Assembly (NCBI GenBank): GCA_965223265.1
Contig: OZ244999.1
Coordinates: 4,992,001-5,056,000, forward strand
Direction: 5' to 3'
DNA from: Planctomycetota bacterium
Lineage (GTDB): Bacteria; Planctomycetota; UBA8108; SXIK01
Length of the DNA: 64,000 nt
Shown piece by piece: positions 38,881 to 48,107 of the stretch. Position 1 is the stretch's first letter, and every line of letters begins with the position of its first letter. The translations under genes and the position numbers were made by a program. The notes under the pieces are model-generated. The model was not told the DNA's origin and did not search any database. It saw nothing but the letters and a program-made list of their open reading frames with translations.

Positions 38881-39926
38881 CCCGAGCTTGACCGCAGCGC
38901 CCAATACTCGATCAGTGCTGTGCGGTCGCGCTCGATCTGTGCCTTCAGCTCCGCGGCCGACGCGAAGCGCCGCTCGTCGCGGTGCGCTCGCAGCAGCTCG
39001 ATCTCAAGATCCTCACCGTAGAGATCACCGTCGAAGTCGATGAGCTGAGCCTCCAGCGTCCTCGCGTCACCGCTGCGAAACGTCGGCCGTGTGCCGATGT
39101 TGACGAGGGCGGGAAGGTCCGTAGCCAGTGGCTGCGGCTGCCAAGGAACGGCATCGTGCACCTCCGCTGCGGCGTCCGTAGCGTCGTTGCTGCCGTCCGT
39201 CGCCGCGGTGAGCGTGCCTGCGAGACGCCCCCACCGTGTGACGCTGGCGAAATAGACACCAGACGGCGGCAGCATGTCGGAGTCGACGTCGAGATTCGCA
39301 GTCGGAAACCCGAGCGTGCGACCGCGACCGTCACCGTGCACCACCGTGCCGAGAAGTGAGTAACGTCGCCCGAGAAGAGCTCGGAGACGTTCAAGATCTC
39401 CAGCGGCAACGGCGTTCCGCACGAGCGTGCTGGAGACGCGCTCAGCCGCAACGTGCGCCACGCTGCCTTGTCTCAATTCGATGCCAAGCTGAGCGGCGCG
39501 CGCCGCGAGCGCGCCGAACGTTCCTTCGCGCCGATGCCCCCAAGCACTGTCGAATCCCATGAGGACTTTGTCGGCATGCAGACCGCGCACGAGTACTTTC
39601 TCCACGAACTCGTCTGCCGACCACGCCGCTAGCTCAGCCGTGAAGCGCAGAGGCAGAACCGCAGCCATTCCAGCACCCGCGAAGAGGAGCAACCGGTGAC
39701 GCAGCGACAAGACAAGGGGAGGCGAAACTCCTCTGAGCGTCCGCGCCGGATGCGAGACGAATGTCACCAGAGCGGGCTGACGTGACGTCTCCTGAGCCCA
39801 ATCCGTGAGCTGTCGGAGGAGGGTCTGGTGTCCGACGTGAACACCGTCGAAAAAGCCGACTGTCACGACGCGGCGCTCTCGCGTCGGGTCGGCGCACGCC
39901 TGCGCGAGATCACGGTACACCTTCAT
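38877..39926 (-). CDS. ribF: Bifunctional riboflavin kinase/FAD synthetase
   Basis: GFFDGVHVGH, VSSTLVR, GRTLGFPTANL and NIGTRPTF. Confidence 0.95.
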   Translation of the reverse strand: MKVYRDLAQACADPTRERRVVTVGFFDGVHVGHQTLLRQLTDWAQETSRQPALVTFVSHPARTLRGVSPPLVLSLRHRLLLFAGAGMAAVLPLRFTAELAAWSADEFVEKVLVRGLHADKVLMGFDSAWGHRREGTFGALAARAAQLGIELRQGSVAHVAAERVSSTLVRNAVAAGDLERLRALLGRRYSLLGTVVHGDGRGRTLGFPTANLDVDSDMLPPSGVYFASVTRWGRLAGTLTAATDGSNDATDAAAEVHDAVPWQPQPLATDLPALVNIGTRPTFRSGDARTLEAQLIDFDGDLYGEDLEIELLRAHRDERRFASAAELKAQIERDRTALIEYWALRSSSG

Positions 39927-39927
39927 G

Positions 39928-40461
39928 TCAGCGTGTTTGTTCACCGGCACGGCGGTCGCGGTATTCGGCTTCGAGCTTTTTGAGAGCCTTGCCGAGCTGA
40001 AGTCGTTCACCAGGGCTCAAGCGGCTGATGAACAGGATACCGTCGAGGTGATCGTTTTCGTGCTGCACGATGCGCGCGGGGAGATCGGTAAGATCCTCTT
40101 CGAACGGCTGGGCGTTCAAATCGAGAGCCTTGATGTGCACCTTCGTGTGCCGACGCACGCGACCATGCACTCCCGGGATCGAGAGGCAGCCCTCTTCTTC
40201 CACGTCTTGCTCCCCCGCCGGGTCGGTCACAACTTGCGGGTTGATGTACACGCGCTCGAGCTCCGGATCAGGCTCGCCGGACGGGTTGACCACGAACAAG
40301 CGCACGCTCCATCCGACCTGTGGCGCTGCGAGACCGACGCCGCGGTGGGCGTACATGAGCTCGAACATCGCCGCCACCTGACGCCGTGTGTCCTGGTCGA
40401 GATGCGTGAGCGGCACCGCTTGCCGGCGAAGAATCGGATCGGGGTAGTTGACGATCTCCAT
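39928..40461 (-). CDS. def: Peptide deformylase
   Basis: GVGLAAPQVG, EGCLSIP and QHENDHLDG. Confidence 0.97.
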   Translation of the reverse strand: MEIVNYPDPILRRQAVPLTHLDQDTRRQVAAMFELMYAHRGVGLAAPQVGWSVRLFVVNPSGEPDPELERVYINPQVVTDPAGEQDVEEEGCLSIPGVHGRVRRHTKVHIKALDLNAQPFEEDLTDLPARIVQHENDHLDGILFISRLSPGERLQLGKALKKLEAEYRDRRAGEQTR

Positions 40462-40806
40462 CTGAATTCCTGAGCTCTCTCAGAACAAGGTGGCGAACGA
40501 TTCGGTGGATGTTCGGAAACCGCGGTGCGACGCCAAAACCGCGATTGTAGCGAGGCGCGAGCCGGTTCCCATGGAAATCACGGTCGGGTCGACGCAAGCG
40601 TCGTGTTGCGCCGTCATGGCAGAGCGGCCGGACACGGATCGGCGACCCGAGCCTATTCTTGAATTCGGCACCTTCGAAACTACAATTGGACGTTTCTCGG
40701 CTCCACTCCGGGTTCGTCGTCTTGTCCTCAACCGTGCACGGCAGAGGCCAGGATTGAGTGGAGAAACGGGTGTTAGGATCTGGAGACAAAAGAAGGAGTC
40801 TGGACT

Positions 40807-41526
40807 ATGATGATGCGCCTGCGCATCGCGTCGCTCGCTCTTTTCGCGTTTGTCGTGCTTTGTTCGAACGTTGGAGCGCAGGCGCTCGGGGGAGCTGGGA
40901 GCAAGGAGAACCTTGACCTGCCCTATGACGCCGGTCTCTTCAACGGCGAAGCCGAGGACGAGGACGCCCCAGAAGTCATCCAGTTCTATGGCCAACAGTA
41001 CGAAGGGGACGGCGTTTTCTTCGCCATCGACCGCTCCGGCAGTATGCAGAGTAGCGGTGAGCTCGACATCGCCAAACGCGAGGTCTCCAAGAACATCTCG
41101 GAGTTCAGCACCCGCGTTCAGTTCGGCATCGTTTTCTTCGATAACGGCCTGCTCAAGTTCCCCACCAGCGGTCGGCCCGCCGAAGCCTCCCCCTCCATGA
41201 AGGCGGCCGGGCTCAACTGGGTCAACTCCGTCAAAGGCGGCGGCGGCAGCTGCTGCCAGGCCGGACTCGTCGCTGCCATGCAGTACGCCAATTTCTCCAG
41301 CTCCAAGCGTAAAGTTATCATTTACGTCGGCGACGGTGGTGGTACTTGCAACGGCGCCGACGAGGGCACCTATCTCAAGCAGACCCTGGCGATCGTCAAG
41401 GCGCAGAACTTTCAGCGCGCCCAGATCAACGCCATCGGCGTACTCCAGATCGGCTCTATCCAGGGTGACTTCCTGACCTCCCTGGCGCAGAGTAACGGCG
41501 GTACCTACACCAAGGTGACGAAGTAG
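40807..41526 (+). CDS. Secreted single-vWA-domain protein, paralog 1
   Basis: SD AAGGAG, signal peptide, MIDAS DRSGSM, FGIVFF, YVGDG, INAIG and LAQSNGGTY. Confidence 0.85.
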   Translation: MMMRLRIASLALFAFVVLCSNVGAQALGGAGSKENLDLPYDAGLFNGEAEDEDAPEVIQFYGQQYEGDGVFFAIDRSGSMQSSGELDIAKREVSKNISEFSTRVQFGIVFFDNGLLKFPTSGRPAEASPSMKAAGLNWVNSVKGGGGSCCQAGLVAAMQYANFSSSKRKVIIYVGDGGGTCNGADEGTYLKQTLAIVKAQNFQRAQINAIGVLQIGSIQGDFLTSLAQSNGGTYTKVTK

Positions 41527-41615
41527 GGAACATTCGGTGCCGGCGACCGCAGAGCTCGGGCTGAGCGGCGCGCCAGCGAGTGAACCATAAAAGATAAAAG
41601 AAAAGAGTAGTGACC

Positions 41616-41658
41616 AAGCTCAGTTCATGCCTGAGGGCGTGAGGCTGAGCTTTTTTTT
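41616..41658 (+). terminator. Intrinsic terminator after vWA paralog 1
   Basis: AAGCTCAG...CTGAGCTT stem with a T8 run. Confidence 0.7.
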
Positions 41659-41866
41659 CGCCCGAGTCGGTCGCTTCGCGCCGCGAACACCGAAAGGAGC
41701 CTCAATCATGGCAACAACTTAAGAACCTTGGCGGCACGAATCGTCCGGCGAGCGCGCGGGATCGCCCTGCAAGGATCGACGGCCTGAAACGTCTGGAACA
41801 ATGATTGTCACGCTCACACGCGGTGTGGGCAGAGTTCTCAAGCAGTTCCCTGACGAGGCGATCCAC

Positions 41867-42613
41867 ATGCAACCGTCCGATTGCTCGCGACTCATGTTTC
41901 CGTCTCTGGTGGCACTTCTTTCCTTGGCGGCTGTGATGTCTTTCTCCAGCTCGCCGCTTGCGGCCCAGGCGCTCGGAGGGGCCGCAAGCAAGGAGAACCT
42001 CGACCTGCCTTACGACGCCGGTCTCTTCAACAGCGAAGTCGACGATGAGGACGCGCCGGAGGTCATCCAATTCTACGACCAGCAGTATGAAGGCGACGGC
42101 GTTTTCTTCGCCATCGACCGCTCCGGCAGTATGCAGGGCAGTGGTGAGCTCGACATCGCCAAGCGCGAGGTTTCCAAGAACATCTCGGAGTTCAGCACCC
42201 GCGTTCAGTTCGGCATCGTTTTCTTCGATAACGGCCTGCTCAAGTTCCCCACCAGCGGCCGACCTGCCGAGGCCGCCCCCTCCATGAAGGCAGCCGCGCT
42301 CAACTGGGTCAACTCCGTCAAAGGCGGCAACGGCAGCTGCTGCCAGCAGGGGCTCGTTGCTGCCATGCAGTACGCCAACTTCTCCAGCGCGAAGCGCAAA
42401 GTCATCATCTACGTCGGTGACGGCGGCGGCACCTGCAACGGCGCCGATGAGGGCACCTACCTCAAGCAGACCCTGGCAATCATCAGGTCGCAGAATTTCC
42501 AGCGCGCCCAGGTCAACTGTGTCGGGGTGCTCCAAATCGGCCCCATTCAGAACGATTTTCTGAGCTCACTGGCGCAGGCTAACGGCGGCACATACACCAA
42601 AGTGACGAGATAG
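41867..42613 (+). CDS. Secreted single-vWA-domain protein, paralog 2
   Basis: Same motifs as paralog 1. Start chosen after GAGG; the ORF is open from 41801. Confidence 0.85.
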   Translation: MQPSDCSRLMFPSLVALLSLAAVMSFSSSPLAAQALGGAASKENLDLPYDAGLFNSEVDDEDAPEVIQFYDQQYEGDGVFFAIDRSGSMQGSGELDIAKREVSKNISEFSTRVQFGIVFFDNGLLKFPTSGRPAEAAPSMKAAALNWVNSVKGGNGSCCQQGLVAAMQYANFSSAKRKVIIYVGDGGGTCNGADEGTYLKQTLAIIRSQNFQRAQVNCVGVLQIGPIQNDFLSSLAQANGGTYTKVTR

Positions 42614-42840
42614 AGCCAAATTTTTCGAAAGTTTTGCAGGAAATTTGGCGATGCTGCGTCATCATCTCCATTAGGTACGTGTTTTCGCCTGCAAAGACGC
42701 CGCTACGAAGCAGGTCAGCGCGACGGGAAACCTTTACCAGGCCTTCAGTTGCGTGAATACGGTGGTTCGTACCGAGGCGCTTTCAGGCAGGGATTGCTAT
42801 GACGAACGTAGGGTTTAGGTCAGAGTTAAGAGGTCATACC

Positions 42841-43572
42841 GTGAAGCATTGGTTCATCGGCTCGCCATTTGTCTTCGTGCTCCTCGTGGGCGCCTTGTGT
42901 TTCGATGTCTCGCCTCTCGCAGCTCAAGCGCTCGGGGGAGCCGGGAGCAAAGAAAACCTCGACCTGCCGTACGACGCCGGCATCTTCAACGGCGAGGCTG
43001 AGGACGAGGACGCCCCGGAGGTCATCCAGTTCTACGGTCAGCAGTATGAGGGCGACGGCGTCTTCTTCGCCATCGACCGCTCAGGCAGTATGCAGAGTAG
43101 CGGCGAGCTGGACGTCGCCAAGCGCGAGGTTGCCAAGAACATCTCGGAGTTCAGCACCCGCGTTCAGTTCGGCATCGTCTTCTTCGATAAGGGTTTGCTC
43201 AAGTTCCCCAGCAGCGGCCGACCTGCCGAGGCGGCTCCGGCTATGAAGGCAGCTGGGCTCAACTGGGTCAACTCCGTCAAAGGCGGCGGTGGCAGCTGCT
43301 GCCAGGCCGGACTCGTCGCTGCCATGCAGTACGCCAACTTCTCCAGCTCCAAGCGCAAAGTGGTCATTTACGTCGGTGACGGCGGCGGCAGCTGTAACGG
43401 AGCCGATTCCGGCACCTACCTGAAACAGACCCTGGCGATTGTCAAATCACAGAACTTTCAGCGCGCTCAGATCAACGCGATTGGAGTCCTCGACGTCAGC
43501 CAAGAGGGGAAAGACTTCTTGACCGCGCTGGCACAAAGTAACGGCGGCTCCTACACCTACATCGCCAAGTAG
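42841..43572 (+). CDS. Secreted single-vWA-domain protein, paralog 3
   Basis: Same motifs. GTG start after AAGAGG; the ORF is open from 42799. Confidence 0.85.
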   Translation: MKHWFIGSPFVFVLLVGALCFDVSPLAAQALGGAGSKENLDLPYDAGIFNGEAEDEDAPEVIQFYGQQYEGDGVFFAIDRSGSMQSSGELDVAKREVAKNISEFSTRVQFGIVFFDKGLLKFPSSGRPAEAAPAMKAAGLNWVNSVKGGGGSCCQAGLVAAMQYANFSSSKRKVVIYVGDGGGSCNGADSGTYLKQTLAIVKSQNFQRAQINAIGVLDVSQEGKDFLTALAQSNGGSYTYIAK

Positions 43573-43680
43573 GCAAAACATCGCCAAGTAGGACCAAAAA
43601 CCCGAGCCCGCTCCTTCGGTGCTTTGTCGCCGGAGGAGCGCTGTTCGCACCCCTCAGGGAGGCGCCCTGGGCCAGTTGCC

Positions 43681-43735
43681 AACTCTTCGCGTTCCGCTCG
43701 GCTAGCAGCCCGTACGGGACGCGAAGAGTTTTTTT
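43681..43735 (+). terminator. Probable terminator between the vWA cluster and the convergent GT87 gene
   Basis: AACTCTTCGCGT...ACGCGAAGAGTT stem followed by a T-run. Confidence 0.65.
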
Positions 43736-43813
43736 GTCGCGAGAGATCTCGCGGGAGGACAGCGGCCCGGCCCCCAAACACCGAAGGCGGCAAACACCGC
43801 GCGGCCTGTAGAG

Positions 43814-45133
43814 TCACTCGCAACCCGTGGTGTCTGCGCCGCCGCACGCCGCCGCGTTGGCACTCAGCCGGCGTGAACTGCGTGGAAAAAAGCTCGGATG
43901 CACTAGCAGCACGAGGAGGAGGAGAGCCGCCCACGCGTACGGGCAGAATGCCATGGCGTAGGTACTGCCCTGCTTGCCAAGGACCTCTCGGCTGCTCAGG
44001 ACAACGAGAAGAAGCGCCGCGAACCAAAGGGCTGCCCCAACTTTGCGCGTGCGACCCGTTACTTGCCACCAGGCCTCGAAGGCGAGGACGCTCGCCGGCC
44101 AGAGCGCCACGAAACTCGCCTTGCGGCTGAGCGGTCCGAGGAGCGGCATGAGCAGAAGCGCGGCAGCCAGCTCGCTTCCAGTCCAGCTACGAGAGCGACC
44201 AGGGGTGCGGTAGCGAAACCCGGCCAAAACGGCGACATAGATGAGCCCGGCCAGCAGCAGGTAGAGCCCGTCCGCTTGCTTCTTCGTCAAGTCGACCAGA
44301 TGGATCGACACCACCCGATCGTCGTGCGCGGTGGCATCCGAATCACGGCAAAGCCGATGCACAAGCGCGCGCAAACTCTGCCCGGGCACGTAGCCCTTCC
44401 CGGGCTCGGCAGCGTACGCCTGCGAGCTCATGTCGACCCCACTGAGCGTCGATCGATACCATGCCGCCCAAGCACGGCGGCCGCTCTCCCACGCCGCCCC
44501 AACCACCGGGACGGCGACGACGAGCACCGTAGCGATCAGCAGGCAGGCCGCAGCAACGCGCCAACAGCGTCGCGCCAGCATCCACGGCAGTACGATCACG
44601 GGCGTCACCTTCGCGAGCATGGCGCAGCCCAGAGCCGTGCCAGCGCGAGCATCGCGTCCGGTCCGCAGAAAATGAAACGCGAAGATGACGCAACTGACGA
44701 TCACAACATTGGCGTTGCCATTGGCGAAATCGCTGTCGAGAAAGCGCAGCGTCAGCACAAATCCAGCCAGCTTCGCCTCCGCCGAGAGCGGCATGCCGAA
44801 GACTCGATCGAGGTGGCGGAAAATGAGGGCTACAAGCAGGATCTTCAATATCACCCAGACCCAAACCCCGGCAACCTCGGGCAAAAACCCAAGCGGCGCG
44901 ACGAACAATGCAAACGGCGGCGGGTACTGCAGTGGCCGCTGCGGATGCTCGTATGCTGCCACCAAGTCACCGGCCAAGAACGCCTGGGCCGTTACGTGGT
45001 AGGCACGAAAGTCGTGAAAGCGTTCACCGCCAAACCCGCCGCCTTTGTAGAGCCCGCGCTGGGCGAGCACCACAAGCGCGACGAGGAAGACACACCCAAA
45101 GATGACAACGAGGCGTTCTCGGCTCAGCTTCAT
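43814..45133 (-). CDS. Glycosyltransferase family 87 (DUF2029) membrane protein
   Basis: DFRAY, YPPPFAL, GNANV, AKVTP and QSL motifs; polytopic. Confidence 0.82.
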   Translation of the reverse strand: MKLSRERLVVIFGCVFLVALVVLAQRGLYKGGGFGGERFHDFRAYHVTAQAFLAGDLVAAYEHPQRPLQYPPPFALFVAPLGFLPEVAGVWVWVILKILLVALIFRHLDRVFGMPLSAEAKLAGFVLTLRFLDSDFANGNANVVIVSCVIFAFHFLRTGRDARAGTALGCAMLAKVTPVIVLPWMLARRCWRVAAACLLIATVLVVAVPVVGAAWESGRRAWAAWYRSTLSGVDMSSQAYAAEPGKGYVPGQSLRALVHRLCRDSDATAHDDRVVSIHLVDLTKKQADGLYLLLAGLIYVAVLAGFRYRTPGRSRSWTGSELAAALLLMPLLGPLSRKASFVALWPASVLAFEAWWQVTGRTRKVGAALWFAALLLVVLSSREVLGKQGSTYAMAFCPYAWAALLLLVLLVHPSFFPRSSRRLSANAAACGGADTTGCE

Positions 45134-45212
45134 GTCACCACGCTCACCCAGCTTCGCACGAATGGGAAGAGCCACCACCTTGGCGCGACGCTGCCGCGAA
45201 TGAGTGCGTCCA

Positions 45213-46127
45213 CTAGCTCGCCTCCGCGACAGGGGTGTCGCCGTCCAAGACCTCGAGAATCCCTTCGCCGGTGGTGGCGAAGTAGTGCCGCGGATCGTCA
45301 TCGGCAGACAGAAACCGTCCCGGCTCCGGCGACGTCCCAAAGCCCTGCGCCGGGAGGTCGACCTCCGCGTCGGCGGGCCGCGTCGACCAGACGTAGCGGC
45401 GACCGCTCTCCGTCTCGAAGAAGGCGCCGGGAAACGGACGGGTCACAGCCCGCACCAGATTGTGAATGCGTAGCGCCGTCCAGCTCCAGTCAAAACGGCC
45501 GTCCTCCGCTCGCCGGCGGCCAAAACAGGTGGCACTCAGCTCATCCTGGGCTCGAAGCGTTGCACGACCGGACGCAATGAGCGGCCAGGAGCGCCGCAGC
45601 ATGTCTCCCGCCGCGACTTCAAGCCGCGCTTGAAGCTGCGGCGCAGTCTCGTCCCGATCGATTGACAATTCCATCTGATCGACGATCTCCCCGGCGTCGG
45701 CGCGTGCCACCATTCTATGCAGTGTCATGCCCGTGCGCTGCTCACCGTGGATCAGCACCCAATTGAGCGGCGCGCAGCCTCGATACTTGGGTAAGAGCGA
45801 ACCGTGCAGGTTGAACCCGCCGTGCGGCGCCAAGGCGAGGACTCGCTCCGGCAGGAGCCGTCGAAAACTAGCTGCGAGCAGCACGTCGGGCTGCGCCGCC
45901 CGCAGCGCAGCGATCACGTCGGGCGGCCAAACTCCACGCCGCTCTTGGGGCAACAGAACGACCGGTAATGCCGCTCGCCGAGCTAGCGCCGCTACCGACG
46001 GAAACCAGAGCTTCTCGCTCGAATCGTCATCATGCGTGCAAACACAAACGACCTCCTCGCCAAGCTTTAGCAGCGTCTCCAGCGCGTGAGCGCCGATCGA
46101 GGAGTAGGCGAAGAGTGCGACGCGCAT
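45213..46127 (-). CDS. Stand-alone formyltransferase resembling the ArnA N-terminal domain
   Basis: MRVALFAY, NLHGSLLPKYRGCAPLNWVL, HRMVARADAG and NLVRAVTRPFPGAF. Confidence 0.85.
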   Translation of the reverse strand: MRVALFAYSSIGAHALETLLKLGEEVVCVCTHDDDSSEKLWFPSVAALARRAALPVVLLPQERRGVWPPDVIAALRAAQPDVLLAASFRRLLPERVLALAPHGGFNLHGSLLPKYRGCAPLNWVLIHGEQRTGMTLHRMVARADAGEIVDQMELSIDRDETAPQLQARLEVAAGDMLRRSWPLIASGRATLRAQDELSATCFGRRRAEDGRFDWSWTALRIHNLVRAVTRPFPGAFFETESGRRYVWSTRPADAEVDLPAQGFGTSPEPGRFLSADDDPRHYFATTGEGILEVLDGDTPVAEAS

Positions 46128-46198
46128 ATTTGGCCAGTGTGTTCTTCGGGCTTCGACGGCAACAAGTCAAGACGAGGGTGCGTCCGACGCTGACGAGC

Positions 46199-46723
46199 TC
46201 ACAAGACGTATAGCATGAGGTACACGATCACGCCGGTCACGGAGACGTAGAGCCACATCGGGAGCGTCCAACGCGCAAGTGCCCGATGCCGCCCCAACTG
46301 CCGTCGCCACGCGAAGACGAGCAGCAAGATAGCAAGGATCGGGACGACACCCGCCAATACGATGTGCGAAATGAGGACGATCAGGTAAAAAACGCGCTGC
46401 GCGCCGACGCCCTCGTAGACCACGTGGCCGGCAAGGGAATGATACGTCAAATAGGAGATGAGGAAGAGGGCTGAGACGACGAAGGCTGCCACCATGGTAC
46501 GCGCGTGGGCTCGCTGATTCCCGGCACGAATGAGCACGTAGCCGCGCACCAACAGGGTCGCTGCCACCGTGTTCAACAGCGCGTTAACGTGCGGAAGCAG
46601 GCGATACCAGGCGTTCTCATCACCACCGTCGGGTACGGAACCGTCAACCAGGGAATTGGCCAGCACGAAACTGTCGAGGTGAAAAACGACCGGTTCGATC
46701 ACTCGCGATTCTCCGGCTCCCAA
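46199..46723 (-). CDS. DUF420 (CtaM-like) membrane protein
   Basis: LPHVNALLN, FLISYLTYH, LISHIVLA and HRALARWTLPMWLYVSVTGVIVY. Start is uncertain. Confidence 0.88.
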   Translation of the reverse strand: MGAGESRVIEPVVFHLDSFVLANSLVDGSVPDGGDENAWYRLLPHVNALLNTVAATLLVRGYVLIRAGNQRAHARTMVAAFVVSALFLISYLTYHSLAGHVVYEGVGAQRVFYLIVLISHIVLAGVVPILAILLLVFAWRRQLGRHRALARWTLPMWLYVSVTGVIVYLMLYVL

Positions 46724-47433
46724 CCATCTGCCTCGGCGAGGAGCGCCCGCACGTGGCGCACCACCAGCTCGACGTCGTCAGGATTCTCGGTTGGGCGATA
46801 GTGCGCGCGCACCCGCCCTTGGGTGTCGACGAGTGCAAAGCGATCGCTGTGGGTTGGAATCCCCGTCTTTGACCGCTCTCTTGCCGGCAACAAGAACGAA
46901 CGCTGACTCAAGTCCACGACCTCGGCGCCCGGCCCCGTCAGGAAGTGCCACGTACTCGCATCGGCGCCATATTGGTTCGAAAAAAGTTTCAGGACTTCCG
47001 GTCGATCGTTCTCGGGGTCGACCGAGAAAGAGACGAGTCGCACGCGATCTTTCGCTGTGGGAATCTCCATGAGCCGATCCTGAACCTTCTTCATTTCTCG
47101 TGTCATCGCTGGGCACGCGGCTGCGCAGCCGGTGAATATGAAGTTGGCGACCCACACCTTCCCTTGGAGCGCGGCGGAATCAAACGGTTCGCCGGCTGCA
47201 CTGGTGAATCGAAACTCGGCGACCGAACCAAGGACAGGCGGCGGGGCGGCCGACGTGTCCCGCTGCGCACTCTCGTGCTCCTGCAGATACCAAAACGCCA
47301 GACAGACGCCCGCGAGCACGATCAGAAGAACGACGCTGAACATCTGCCCAGGCAGAGAACTTCGAGGGGGAGATCCCGCGCCGGCGGAATGGGTGCCGAG
47401 CCCGTCCGTTTCGTCCGCTATCGGCTTGTCCAT
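46699..47433 (-). CDS. SCO1/SenC copper chaperone
   Basis: FIFTGCAAACP, SFSVDPENDRP and HS motif. Confidence 0.92.
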   Translation of the reverse strand: MDKPIADETDGLGTHSAGAGSPPRSSLPGQMFSVVLLIVLAGVCLAFWYLQEHESAQRDTSAAPPPVLGSVAEFRFTSAAGEPFDSAALQGKVWVANFIFTGCAAACPAMTREMKKVQDRLMEIPTAKDRVRLVSFSVDPENDRPEVLKLFSNQYGADASTWHFLTGPGAEVVDLSQRSFLLPARERSKTGIPTHSDRFALVDTQGRVRAHYRPTENPDDVELVVRHVRALLAEADGWEPENRE

Positions 47434-47445
47434 AGCGCGTTCGAC

Positions 47446-48021
47446 CTACCAGACGTAGAGGGCCAAGAAAAGAAACACCCACACGAGGGCGACGTAATGC
47501 CAGTACGCCGCGGCCATGCGCACGCCCAAACGTTGATATGCATGGTAGCGACCGCGCAGCAGGCGGACAAAGATCGCCGTTAGGAAGACGACCCCGCCCG
47601 CGACGTGAAGCCCGTGGAGGCCGGCCAGGGTGTAAAAGACGGATCCAAAGTTGTTGCCCGTGAACGGGACGAGTTTGAGGAGACGGCTGAACTCCAGCGC
47701 CTGGCCACCGACGAACATCAGACCCAGGGCGAGCGTGAGCGCCATCCAGAGTTTGGCGGCGGAAGGGTTGTCTCTTCGGACGCTGCGTTGGCTCAAAAAC
47801 ATAGTGGCTGAGCTGACGAAAAGCACAGCGGAGTTGCCGAGGACAAGCGGGGAGATCATCTCAGCGAGGACTTCAGGCCGCCACGTCGGTGATGCCAAGC
47901 GCAAGACGATGTACGCCGCGACGAGAGCGGCGAAGAACATCGTCTCGGCGATCAAAAAGAGCGCCATGCCGACGGTCTCTTTCGAGATTGGCTGCGGCTG
48001 AGATTGAACGGCTGAATGCAT
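47446..48021 (-). CDS. ctaE: Cytochrome c oxidase subunit III
   Basis: FLIAETMFF, FYTLAGLHGLHV and YWHYVALVW. Confidence 0.9.
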   Translation of the reverse strand: MHSAVQSQPQPISKETVGMALFLIAETMFFAALVAAYIVLRLASPTWRPEVLAEMISPLVLGNSAVLFVSSATMFLSQRSVRRDNPSAAKLWMALTLALGLMFVGGQALEFSRLLKLVPFTGNNFGSVFYTLAGLHGLHVAGGVVFLTAIFVRLLRGRYHAYQRLGVRMAAAYWHYVALVWVFLFLALYVW

Positions 48022-48107
48022 TTGACTCGGCTCAACGACCCGCGAAGCGACCGACGCGATTCCCAGCGCGCCGCAGGTCAGGGAAAACACCAAGCGTACG
48101 GCGCAGG

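Noticed and set aside
40807-43572. Diversity-generating retroelement template/variable repeats
   Set aside because: No reverse transcriptase in the window, differences are not adenine-specific, and all three copies are intact ORFs.
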